Part shown: positions 9,728 to 18,470 of the stretch, one piece after another
How the letters are laid out: the number at the start of each line of letters is the position of its first letter
Numbering within the stretch: the first letter of the stretch is position 1
Assembly: GCA_965249725.1 (NCBI GenBank)
Contig: OZ252251.1
Coordinates: 288,001 to 352,000, forward strand
Direction of reading: 5' to 3'
DNA from: Longimicrobiales bacterium
GTDB taxonomy: Bacteria; Gemmatimonadota; Gemmatimonadetes; Longimicrobiales; Gaopeijiaceae
Length of the DNA: 64,000 bases
Notes under the pieces: generated by a model
Told to the model about the DNA's origin: nothing
Database searches by the model: none
What the model saw: only the letters and a program-made list of their open reading frames with translations
Translations under genes and position numbers: made by a program

Positions 9728-10701
9728 CTACACCGGGACCGCGACGTCCTCGAGGATCTCTTCTACGATTGCGCCGGCCTCTTCGTGAGCTTCGTGGGTG
9801 GCGGCCGTTGCCCCGATCGGGAGAATCCGATGGGCCATGCAAGGGCCCGCGACGTGCTGGATGTCGCTTGGTACCAAGAAGTCCCGTCCGCTGAGCAACG
9901 CAAAGGCCCTCGATGCCCGATAGAGGCCGATGGCTCCACGAGGGCTGACGCCCATACGAAGGCGCGGTTCGACTCGGGTGCGTCGCACGATCTCCATGAG
10001 GTAGGTCATGAGGGATTCTTCCGCCCGCACCTCCGAGACCTGGTTCTGAAGACGGAGCACGTCGGTCGGTGTGAGCACCGACTTGATACGGAGCTCCCAG
10101 TCACCCTCTTCGGTAGAGTCCTCGAGAATCTGACGCTCCGCAGCCGCTCCGGGATAACCGATGGTGATACGCATGAGGAAGCGATCGACCTGGCTCTCGG
10201 GCAACGGGTAGGTACCGTGATGCTCGAGGGGGTTCTGCGTGGCCATCACCATGAAGGGTTGCGGAAGCTCGAACGTCTTGTCGTCCAAGCTCACTTTGCC
10301 CTCTGCCATCGCCTGGGGAGCCCACTCTGAGTGCGAGGCGGAGCCCGGTTGATCTCGTCCGCCAGGACCAGATTCGTGAAGATGGGTCCGGGCCGGGTTT
10401 CGAACTCCGAGGTGCGGGGGTTGTAGATCGAGACCCCTAGAACGTCGGAGGGCAGCAGGTCGCTCGTGAACTGTATTCGACGGAACGAGAGACCGAGCGC
10501 CGTCGCGAGAGCATGGGCGAGAGTGGTTTTGCCCACCCCCGGGACGTTTTCGAAGAGGATATGCCCGCGGGCAAGTAGAGCTGACACGGCGAGCCGGACG
10601 ACCTCTTCCTTGCCGTGGAAGACATGCTCGACCTCAGCGATCAGTCGCTCGAGAAGGTCGACGGTCGGCGGGGCGTCGGTGATGGTTGTCGTATCGGCCA
10701 A
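9728..10701 (-). pseudogene. moxR: MoxR-family AAA+ ATPase, split by one frameshift near 10315 (real lesion or sequencing error)
   Basis: ORF 10291..10701 has [19 protein letters not shown] and [19 protein letters not shown] 9728..10309 continues AMAEG...ATQNPLE...YPLPESQVDRF...SPRG. Confidence 0.88.
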
Positions 10702-10748
10702 GTCCTACTCCGGTCCGGGGTTCTCCGAGGCCTTTTCCAGAAGGAAAA

Positions 10749-10757
10749 AGTATAACA
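10749..10757 (-). promoter_or_regulatory. putative extended -10 promoter for the moxR operon
   Basis: Minus strand reads TG-t-TATACT about 50 bp upstream of the moxR start, in an AT-rich patch. Confidence 0.5.
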
Positions 10758-10799
10758 CTCACGCGGAGAAAAAGGTTCTTTTTGGCCGCTCCTACGACG

Positions 10800-10828
10800 T
10801 TGACACGACCCTGGGGCTCAGGTAGGTT
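10800..10828 (+). promoter_or_regulatory. putative sigma70 promoter of the act operon
   Basis: TTGACA (10800-10805), 17 bp spacer, TAGGTT (10823-10828). Confidence 0.6.
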
Positions 10829-10891
10829 CCTGCCGTTTCAAACAGACAACTCTTGCTCCCACCCAACCCTTTTTCGGGGCGGCAGGGCTTT

Positions 10892-11443
10892 ATGACGAAG
10901 CGATGGATAGGTGCATCGGTCGTCGCGCTCGCAAGCCTGGGTTCGTTGGCCTTCGTTCAGACCCAGGACAGCAGTGCGGCGCAGGAGTCGGAAGCGACGA
11001 GCGAGGCGACCGCGGACATGGTCCAGCCGATCGCTTTTCCGCATGATATTCATGCCGGCGTGGACCAGATCGACTGCCAGTACTGTCATTTCTCGGCAGA
11101 GCGATCGGTGGACGCCGGAATCCCGCCCGTCAGAACCTGCATAGGGTGCCATCAGATCATCGGTGGAACCGACGAGAGGCAGCAGGCCGAGATCGCCAAG
11201 GTCCGGGAGTACTGGACCAACCAGGAGCCCATTCCCTGGGTTCGCATATATAAGGTCGCCGATCACGTCCACTTCCCCCACATGAGGCATGTCGCCGCCG
11301 AAGTCGATTGCGCCGAATGTCACGGACCGGTAGAGGAGATGGGCGTGCTCGAGGAGGTCAACCAACCTCTGGCCATGGGTTGGTGCGTGACCTGTCACGT
11401 CGAACGCGAGGTCTCGCGGGACTGCGCAGTATGCCACTACTGA
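10892..11443 (+). CDS. actA: alternative complex III pentahaem cytochrome c subunit ActA
   Basis: Signal/TM segment, QPIAFPHDIH, five CxxCH motifs (CQYCH, CIGCH, CAECH, CVTCH, CAVCH), PIPWVRIY and MGWC. ATG at 10892 preferred over 10853. Confidence 0.9.
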   Translation: MTKRWIGASVVALASLGSLAFVQTQDSSAAQESEATSEATADMVQPIAFPHDIHAGVDQIDCQYCHFSAERSVDAGIPPVRTCIGCHQIIGGTDERQQAEIAKVREYWTNQEPIPWVRIYKVADHVHFPHMRHVAAEVDCAECHGPVEEMGVLEEVNQPLAMGWCVTCHVEREVSRDCAVCHY

Positions 11444-11459
11444 TTCCGGGACCAAATCG

Positions 11460-14400
11460 ATGAGCGACGGACTGAAGAGACGCGAGTTCCTGAAGGTACT
11501 CGGCGTCAGCGGGGCAGGGGCCGGCATGGTGGGCTGCTCGACCGAGAGTGTCGAGAAGCTGATGCCCTATGTGGTTCCCCCGGAAGAGATCACTCCCGGC
11601 GTAGCCACGTGGTACACCTCGGTGTGCGGCGAGTGTGAGGCCGGATGCGGCATCTGGGTGCGTACGCGTGAGGGCCGGGTCATAAAGGTCGAGGGGAACC
11701 CCGACCATCCTGTCTCGGGCGGAGCCCTTTGTTCGAGAGGGCACTCGAGCATCCAGGGGCTCTACAACCCCGACCGCTTTACGGGGCCCATGGCTCGACG
11801 GAACGGCCAGCTAGAGGCAATCTCGTGGGACGAGGCCGAGCAGATGCTGGCCGATGGACTAGGGTCGGCAGGCGGGCACCTCACGTTGTCCGGAGGTCTC
11901 GCTGGGCCGTCCCTGATGATGCTCATGGAGGAGTTTGCCGGAAGGACGGGCGGAGGTGTGGTGCGCTTCGACCCGCTGGCCGACGCTCCGCTACGCGAGG
12001 CGAGCCGGATCGCCTTCGGGAAGAACGTGATCCCCTGGTACGACATCGAGGAGGCACGCCTTCTCGTCTCGTTCGGGGCCGACTTCCTCGAGAGCTGGCT
12101 TTCGCCGGTAAGGGATGGGCGTGCGTTCGCCCGAATGAGCGGCGTCGACGAGCAGGGTGGCAAAGGGCGCTTCGTATTCGTCGGATCCCGCTTGTCCCTG
12201 ACGGGCCAGAACGCGGACGAATGGCTTCCGATCCAGCCGGGCAGCGAGGCGCTGGTCGCGCTCGCCATGGCCAACGTGATCTCCGGTGCCGGAGCTGGAG
12301 CCGGCCCTTACCGGGACATCGTCAACGCCTACACGCCGGAGAACGTAGCGGACGCCACAGGCATTTCGGCAGACAGTATTCGCGAGCTGGCGATTCGGTT
12401 TGCAGAGGAAGGGCCCAGCTTGGCCGTCGGCCCGGGCGTCGCTGGACAGCATCGCAATGCCACGGCTGCGAACCTTGCCGTTACGATCCTCAACTCCGTG
12501 GCGGGGAATGTGGGTCGGACTGTGCACTACAACACGCCTCAACTCAACGCTCCCCAGTTCGGGTACAACGGCGTGCAGCGGGCGATCCAGGCGATCGGCC
12601 AGGGCTCGATAGGCGCGGTGATGGTCCACGGCAGCAATCCGGTCTACTCGGTGCCGGCGTCTTCGGGTCTCCGAGAGGCTCTCCAGAGCGTTCCGTTCAA
12701 GGTGTCGTTCGCGTCGGCTCCCGACGAAACCTCGGCTCTGGCAGACCTTATTCTCCCAGACCGGCATTTCCTCGAAGCGTGGGGCGACTCCGCCGTACGA
12801 CCGGGCATGTGGGCGCTGCGGCAGCCGGCCATGCAGCCGGTGCCCCATTTCGATAGTAGACCGACCGGTGACGTTCTACTCTCGGTCGCAACGCGCATGG
12901 GCCAGGACCTCGGGTCCGCGACCTTCTACGACCGACTTCGTGCGCACTGGCAGACGGTGGCGCGATCGACCGGCTCCACCGACTTCGAGGGCTTCTGGCA
13001 GGAGGCGCTCAAAACCGGTGTGGTGGAACTCGCCTCCGGTGTGCCCGGCATCTCGGAACAGCTCCGCCAGCCCGATCGGGCGCTCGTTTTCGATCCGCCC
13101 GACTTCGACGGCCGAGGCGACCTGCACCTCATGGTGTATCCGTCCTCACGTTTCGGTGACGGTGCCCTGAATTCCAACCGCCCGTGGCTCCACGAGTTGC
13201 CGGACCCCGTAAGCAAGATCACCTGGCACTCCTGGGTGGAGATGCATCCGAACCGTGCGGAGGCCATGGGGCTCCGAAAGGGAGACCTGGTCGTACTCTC
13301 TACCGACCACGGCTCCGTGGAGGTGCCGGTTTGGACCTATCCCGGTATTCGCGAGAACGTCGTTGCCCTGGCGATGGGTGGTGGGCACGAAGGCGCTGGC
13401 CGATTCACCGATGGGAATGGCGTGAATCCGCTCGACCTGCTGCCGGCCGAAGCCGAAGCGCTGTCCGGTGGCCTGGTCCATTTCGCCACCAAGGTCACCG
13501 TCACCCCCACGGGAGAGCGCCGACCCTTGGCCACGATCGCGGGCTCGGACGTCCAGAGCAATCGTCCGATCACCCCTGCGGTGGCGCTGGCTGCGTTGAC
13601 CGCCGAGTCGACTGCCGAGTCGACCGCCGAGTCGACTGCCGAGGATGAGCACGAGGAGGAGGGCGGTCACGGGCCACTGAAGGAGCTTCAGGGAGTTGGT
13701 GGCTTCGTCCCGGTCGAGACCGAGGGCCGTCCCGAGGACTTCCCCCTCGAGGGTGCCCAGCACGGTGAGTACGGAGATCCGGAGACGCCGCGATGGGCCA
13801 TGACCATCGATCTCGACAAGTGTACCGGCTGCAGCGCGTGCGTCACGGCCTGTCAGTCCGAGAACAACGTGGCCTGGGTCGGAGAGAGCCAGGTGACGAT
13901 GGGGCGCGACATGGGGTGGATTCGCCTGGAGCGGTACTACGAGGCGGTCGACGCGAGCCACGCAGGCCCGCTCGACGTTCGGTTCATGCCCATGATCTGC
14001 CAGCACTGCGGCAACGCGCCGTGCGAGCCGGTCTGTCCGGTCTACGCCACCTACCACACACCGGATGGGATCAACACACAGGTCTACAACCGGTGCGTAG
14101 GAACGCGGTACTGCCTGAACAACTGCCCGTACAAGGTCCGTGTGTTCAACTGGTACACGTTCACGGACGAAGAGCCGGTTCGTGAGGGCCTGGGACATGC
14201 GCCCGAGCCCATGAACTGGGCGTTCAATCCCGACGTGACCGTGCGCGAGAACGGGATCATGGAGAAGTGTTCGTTCTGTATCCATCGCATCCGCGGCGCT
14301 CAAGACCGCGCCGCTGTCGAGGGGAGCACGATACAGGACGGCGAAATCATACCGGCCTGTCAGCAGAGCTGTCCGGCGGAGGCCATCGTCTTCGGCAACA

Positions 14401-14543
14401 TCCGGGATACCCGCTCCCGGGTGGCACAGTCGGTTCGGGGCGAGAGGGTCTACCGAGTACTGGACGAGCTCGTCAACACGCAACCGGCGGTGAGTTACTT
14501 GAAGAAGGTGACGTTCCACGACGTGGACTCGGGAGCACATTGA
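11460..14543 (+). CDS. actB: alternative complex III subunit ActB (molybdopterin-oxidoreductase-like domain + Fe-S domain), Tat lipoprotein
   Basis: Tat motif LKRREFLK with lipobox-like MVGC, then NRPWLHELPDPVSKITW. Fe-S motifs CTGCSACVTAC, CQHCGNAPCEPVCP, CVGTRYCLNNCP and CSFC...CQQSCP. Confidence 0.92.
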   Translation: MSDGLKRREFLKVLGVSGAGAGMVGCSTESVEKLMPYVVPPEEITPGVATWYTSVCGECEAGCGIWVRTREGRVIKVEGNPDHPVSGGALCSRGHSSIQGLYNPDRFTGPMARRNGQLEAISWDEAEQMLADGLGSAGGHLTLSGGLAGPSLMMLMEEFAGRTGGGVVRFDPLADAPLREASRIAFGKNVIPWYDIEEARLLVSFGADFLESWLSPVRDGRAFARMSGVDEQGGKGRFVFVGSRLSLTGQNADEWLPIQPGSEALVALAMANVISGAGAGAGPYRDIVNAYTPENVADATGISADSIRELAIRFAEEGPSLAVGPGVAGQHRNATAANLAVTILNSVAGNVGRTVHYNTPQLNAPQFGYNGVQRAIQAIGQGSIGAVMVHGSNPVYSVPASSGLREALQSVPFKVSFASAPDETSALADLILPDRHFLEAWGDSAVRPGMWALRQPAMQPVPHFDSRPTGDVLLSVATRMGQDLGSATFYDRLRAHWQTVARSTGSTDFEGFWQEALKTGVVELASGVPGISEQLRQPDRALVFDPPDFDGRGDLHLMVYPSSRFGDGALNSNRPWLHELPDPVSKITWHSWVEMHPNRAEAMGLRKGDLVVLSTDHGSVEVPVWTYPGIRENVVALAMGGGHEGAGRFTDGNGVNPLDLLPAEAEALSGGLVHFATKVTVTPTGERRPLATIAGSDVQSNRPITPAVALAALTAESTAESTAESTAEDEHEEEGGHGPLKELQGVGGFVPVETEGRPEDFPLEGAQHGEYGDPETPRWAMTIDLDKCTGCSACVTACQSENNVAWVGESQVTMGRDMGWIRLERYYEAVDASHAGPLDVRFMPMICQHCGNAPCEPVCPVYATYHTPDGINTQVYNRCVGTRYCLNNCPYKVRVFNWYTFTDEEPVREGLGHAPEPMNWAFNPDVTVRENGIMEKCSFCIHRIRGAQDRAAVEGSTIQDGEIIPACQQSCPAEAIVFGNIRDTRSRVAQSVRGERVYRVLDELVNTQPAVSYLKKVTFHDVDSGAH
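13599..13643 (+). repeat. in-frame 12-bp tandem repeat (ACYGCCGAGTCG x3.75; peptide TAES)
   Basis: accgccgagtcg actgccgagtcg accgccgagtcg actgccgag. Confidence 0.9.
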
Positions 14544-15934
14544 TGTCTACCGCGACAAAGGAACCGAGGGGCGCGGTACCCCACCCGGATCTGCAGAAGC
14601 TCGATCAGGTCAATCGCGACGTCCTGGTGTCGCTCGGTAAGCCGGGACTCGGTTGGTGGATACTGCTCGGGATCGCAATTGCTGGGATCGGGCTTGCTGC
14701 GGTCTCTTGGAGCATTCAGATTTTCGACGGAATCGGCGTCACGGGGCTTACGAGTCCCGTCGGGTGGGGGGTCTACATCACCACCTTTGTGTTCTGGGTC
14801 GGTATCGCACACTCAGGCACGCTGATCTCGGCGATTCTCTTCCTGTTCAGAGCGCCCTGGCGTCAGTCGATCTATCGGGCGGCCGAGGCGATGACGGTGT
14901 TCGCCGTCATGACCGCCGGACTGTTCCCACTCATCCACGTTGGACGCGTTTGGCACGCCTACTGGCTGATTCCCTATCCGAACAGCCGCTTTCTGTGGCC
15001 CAACTTCCGCTCACCCCTCGTTTGGGACGTCTTCGCCGTCACCACGTACTTCACGGTTTCGGCGGTCTTCTTCTACTTGGGGACCATTCCCGACCTCGCC
15101 GCCGCACGTGACGCTGCGACGGGATTCCGGAAGAAGCTCTACAAGGTCATCTCGCTGGGATGGCACGGTACGGACCGCGAATGGCACCACTTCGGGAAGG
15201 CCTACATCTTCCTCGCCGCGCTAGCGACCCCGCTGGTCCTGTCGGTGCACTCCGTGGTTTCCTGGGACTTCGCCGTGAGCATCGTTCCCGGCTGGCATGC
15301 CACGATCTTCGCTCCCTACTTCGTGGCCGGCGCCATCTTCTCGGGTGTCGCCATGGTCATCACGCTCACCGTGCCGCTCAGGAAGGTCTTCGGCCTCGAG
15401 GCGTACCTCACGACCAAGCACTACGACGCCATGGCGAAGCTCTGCCTGCTGACGTCCTTGATCGTGTTCTACGCGTATCTCTCCGAGTTCTTTATGGCGT
15501 GGTACAGCGGTGAGGAAGTAGAGCGGGCGGCGTTCTGGGCGAGGCTGTTCGGTCCCTACTGGTGGGCCGCCTGGACGATGCTGGTGTGCAACGGGTTCGT
15601 GCCGGTCATGCTCTGGTTCAAGCGGGTCAGGTACTCCATACCCGCCCTCTTTACGATTTCGATCTTCATCAACATCGGGATGTGGTTCGAGCGCTACGTG
15701 ATCATCGTCACTTCGCTGCACCACGAGTACGAACCCTTCGCTTGGGGCCTGTACCGGCCTTCGGCGGTCGAGATGGGGATTCTGGCGGGGAGCTTCGCTT
15801 GGTTCGGCTTCTGGTTCCTCCTCTTCACGCGGTTGCTGCCCGTTGTGGCCATCGCGGAGTTGAAGGAGGTGCTGCCCACGCCCATGCGGAACGCCGCGCC
15901 CGCCCACGCCGGTGGGGAAGGAGGTGAGGGATGA
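14543..15934 (+). CDS. actC: alternative complex III NrfD/PsrC-family quinol-binding membrane subunit ActC
   Basis: WGVYITTFVFWVGIAHSGTLISAIL, NFRSPLVWDVFAV, LVLSVHSVVSWDFA and GMWFERYVII. ATG at 14543 overlaps the actB stop (TGATG). Confidence 0.93.
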   Translation: MSTATKEPRGAVPHPDLQKLDQVNRDVLVSLGKPGLGWWILLGIAIAGIGLAAVSWSIQIFDGIGVTGLTSPVGWGVYITTFVFWVGIAHSGTLISAILFLFRAPWRQSIYRAAEAMTVFAVMTAGLFPLIHVGRVWHAYWLIPYPNSRFLWPNFRSPLVWDVFAVTTYFTVSAVFFYLGTIPDLAAARDAATGFRKKLYKVISLGWHGTDREWHHFGKAYIFLAALATPLVLSVHSVVSWDFAVSIVPGWHATIFAPYFVAGAIFSGVAMVITLTVPLRKVFGLEAYLTTKHYDAMAKLCLLTSLIVFYAYLSEFFMAWYSGEEVERAAFWARLFGPYWWAAWTMLVCNGFVPVMLWFKRVRYSIPALFTISIFINIGMWFERYVIIVTSLHHEYEPFAWGLYRPSAVEMGILAGSFAWFGFWFLLFTRLLPVVAIAELKEVLPTPMRNAAPAHAGGEGGEG

Positions 15935-16461
15935 GTGCCACGACCGGCCTTCTGGCCTCATACGAGTACGTCGACTCGGCGGTTGATGCCATCGAGAAGC
16001 TCAGGGGTACCGGGCTCAAGAAGATCACGGCTTACATGCCCTATCCCGACCACCATATCGAGGCGGCTCTGGGCTACGACCAGAGCCCCGTGAGAGTCTG
16101 GGCGCTCGCAGGAGGACTCTGCGGTGCGGCCGGAGGTTTCGCGTTCACGTCCTTCACGTCCATGGATTGGCCTCTGGTAACGGGCGGCAAGCCGATCCTC
16201 TCCATTCCGGCGTACGTCATCATCGCTTTCGAGATGATGGTGCTGTTTGGAGCTCTATCGACAGTGATCGGCCTCTTCATCAACAGCCGTCTTCCCTATC
16301 TGAAGCCCATGGTGGTCTACGATCCAGAGTTCAGTGCGGGTCGCTTCGGCGTGTACGTGACGGCCCCTCCGGATCGACTGGATGAGGCCCGCGGAATTCT
16401 ACAAGGACAGGATCCGGTCGAGTTGCGGGAAGACCCCGCGGGGGTGGCCCATGCTTCGTAG
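15931..16461 (+). CDS. actD: alternative complex III subunit ActD (DUF3341)
   Basis: YMPYPDH, DWPLVTGGKP and IIAFEMMVLFGAL with two TM helices. Position after actC. Confidence 0.9.
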   Translation: MSATTGLLASYEYVDSAVDAIEKLRGTGLKKITAYMPYPDHHIEAALGYDQSPVRVWALAGGLCGAAGGFAFTSFTSMDWPLVTGGKPILSIPAYVIIAFEMMVLFGALSTVIGLFINSRLPYLKPMVVYDPEFSAGRFGVYVTAPPDRLDEARGILQGQDPVELREDPAGVAHAS

Positions 16462-17071
16462 AGCGCGCTTCGGGGCGGTTCTGGCCCTGCTCGTTACATT
16501 GAGCGCATGCAGTCCTCTGGACGAGGTCCTGGGGAACATCTTCGGCCGTCACATGCGTGATTCGCGGTCGTTCGATCCATACGAGAACACACTCGCACCT
16601 CCGCCCAACAGCGTGCCGTTCGCGGCGGGCAACATCACGCCCGGGCCGGGACAGCTGAACACCGGACAGCCGGAAAGGGGCTTCATGGCGCCTCCCTTCG
16701 GCCAGGCGGATCTCTTCCAGCCCGTGGTGCAGACTCTGCCCAATCCGGTCGCATCAGACGAGACTTCGTTGGCCCGTGGCGAGGTGATGTTCAATCGCAT
16801 GTGCGCCGTGTGTCACGGCCCGGCTGGCGTGGGTGCACAGGCCAATATCATCGACAAGTATCCGCTCTTGATCGCGTACAACCTGTCCGGCCCCGTGGTC
16901 GCCGGTTACAGCGACGGGTACATCTATGGGATCATGCGGGTGGGTCGTGGCCTCATGCCGCCGTATGGCCACCAGATCAGCCACTTCGATCGTTGGAACA
17001 TCGTGAATTACATCCGTGTGCTCCAGCGTCAGGCCGGAAACGAGCCGATGGTTGTCGGGGGGGATAACTAG
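16451..17071 (+). CDS. actE: alternative complex III monohaem cytochrome c lipoprotein ActE
   Basis: Lipobox LSAC, LARGEVMFNRMCAVCHG, DGYIYGI...G-GLMPPY and DRWNIVNYIR. ATG at 16451. Confidence 0.9.
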   Translation: MLRRARFGAVLALLVTLSACSPLDEVLGNIFGRHMRDSRSFDPYENTLAPPPNSVPFAAGNITPGPGQLNTGQPERGFMAPPFGQADLFQPVVQTLPNPVASDETSLARGEVMFNRMCAVCHGPAGVGAQANIIDKYPLLIAYNLSGPVVAGYSDGYIYGIMRVGRGLMPPYGHQISHFDRWNIVNYIRVLQRQAGNEPMVVGGDN

Positions 17072-17074
17072 GCC

Positions 17075-18382
17075 ATGAGCCATATGCATGTCCCCTCAGA
17101 GATTCCGGTCCGATACCTTATGCGTTCCAAGAATGCGAACGTTCTGTTCGTGGGCATGTTCCTGGTGGGCCTCGCGGGTTTCGTGTTCGCTTTGAGCACG
17201 GACGCCGATCGGGCCTGGCAGTCCTACGTCTCGAACTGGCTGTTCTTCACCAACGTGGCCATGGGGGCGATGCTGCTCACCGTGGCGACGTGGATCACGA
17301 AGTCGAAATGGAACTGGTCGGTGCGCCGAGTGGGCCTGTCCTTCGTGGCGTTCCTCCCCATCTCGTTCGTGATGCTGCTGCCCATGCTGGGCCTCGGGGA
17401 GTCGTTCTTTCCCTGGATCGCCGAGATGGCTCACGACCCGATTCTCCAGAAGAAGGCCGCGTACCTCAACATGCCGTTCCTGGTGACGAGGAACGTCGTG
17501 GGAGTGATGGTGCTGTTCGGGGTGTCGCTTTACTTCGCTTATATGGCGCTCCGTCCCGATATGGGGTTGGCCAAGGACGACGGTGACACCGACGCGGGCC
17601 GGGTCCAGTGGCGGGATCGTCTGACGCAGGGCTGGAGGGGTCAGGAGACCGAGGAAGTCCATTCCTATCGGCGGATGACCAAGCTGGCACCGGCCTTCGT
17701 CATCATCTACGCCCTGGTCATGAGCATTCTGGCGTACGACTGGGTCATGTCGTTGGAGCCCCACTGGTTCTCGACGATGATGGGCCCATGGTTCTTCATG
17801 GGGGCGTTCTGGAGCGGCATCGCCGCGACCGCTTGTGCGGTGACGCTTCTGAAGAAACGCGACGACTATTTCGACAAGGTCATGGGACGTCAGCAGCTAC
17901 ACGATCTGGGTAAGCTGTCCTTCGCCTTCTGCGTTTTCTGGGCCTATCTGTTCTTCGCCCAGTACCTGGTGATCTGGTACGGCAAGCTGCCATGGGAGCA
18001 GGCTTGGCTCATCCACCGGGCCGAAGCGCCGTGGGGCAAGCTGTCTTTGATGGTGATCGTGATGTGCTTCGTGCTGCCCTTCGCATTACTCATGGGGCGG
18101 AAGGCCAAGATGAACCCGACGTTCCTCCGGACCGTCACGTTCTCGATCTTCGCCGGACTGTGGCTCGAAAAGCACCTCATGGTGGCTCCGTCCATCCGCG
18201 ACCATGATACGCCCACGATCGGGGCGACCGAGTTCCTGATCGGCCTCATGTTCCTGGGCCTGTTCCTGTTCGCGGTGAGGTGGTTCCTGTCGACCTTCCC
18301 CGTCGTTCAGGTCTGGCAGCCCATGGTGGATCCGGAGACCTTCGAGGTCGAGGTCACCGGAGAGGGTGCGTCGGTTGGCTAA
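17075..18382 (+). CDS. actF: alternative complex III membrane subunit ActF
   Basis: KKAAYLN, YDWVMSLEPHWFST and LHDLGKLSFAFCVFWAYLFFAQYLVIWYG, with about 10 TM helices. Confidence 0.9.
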   Translation: MSHMHVPSEIPVRYLMRSKNANVLFVGMFLVGLAGFVFALSTDADRAWQSYVSNWLFFTNVAMGAMLLTVATWITKSKWNWSVRRVGLSFVAFLPISFVMLLPMLGLGESFFPWIAEMAHDPILQKKAAYLNMPFLVTRNVVGVMVLFGVSLYFAYMALRPDMGLAKDDGDTDAGRVQWRDRLTQGWRGQETEEVHSYRRMTKLAPAFVIIYALVMSILAYDWVMSLEPHWFSTMMGPWFFMGAFWSGIAATACAVTLLKKRDDYFDKVMGRQQLHDLGKLSFAFCVFWAYLFFAQYLVIWYGKLPWEQAWLIHRAEAPWGKLSLMVIVMCFVLPFALLMGRKAKMNPTFLRTVTFSIFAGLWLEKHLMVAPSIRDHDTPTIGATEFLIGLMFLGLFLFAVRWFLSTFPVVQVWQPMVDPETFEVEVTGEGASVG

Positions 18383-18406
18383 CGCGCCACGCTGACACCC
18401 ATGACC

Positions 18407-18437
18407 AAGGCCCGGCCCCCTCGGGGAGCCGGGCCTT
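18407..18437. terminator. GC-rich hairpin, probable terminator of the act operon, lying between convergent genes
   Basis: AAGGCCCGGC-CCCCTCGGGGA-GCCGGGCCTT followed by cgttcctt. Confidence 0.7.
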
Positions 18438-18470
18438 CGTTCCTTCGGGCCGGTGGACCGCTGCCTCCGG

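Noticed and set aside
11460..15934. Polysulfide, tetrathionate or nitrite reductase
   Set aside because: The pentahaem ActA, DUF3341, ActE, ActF and the fused ActB architecture identify alternative complex III.
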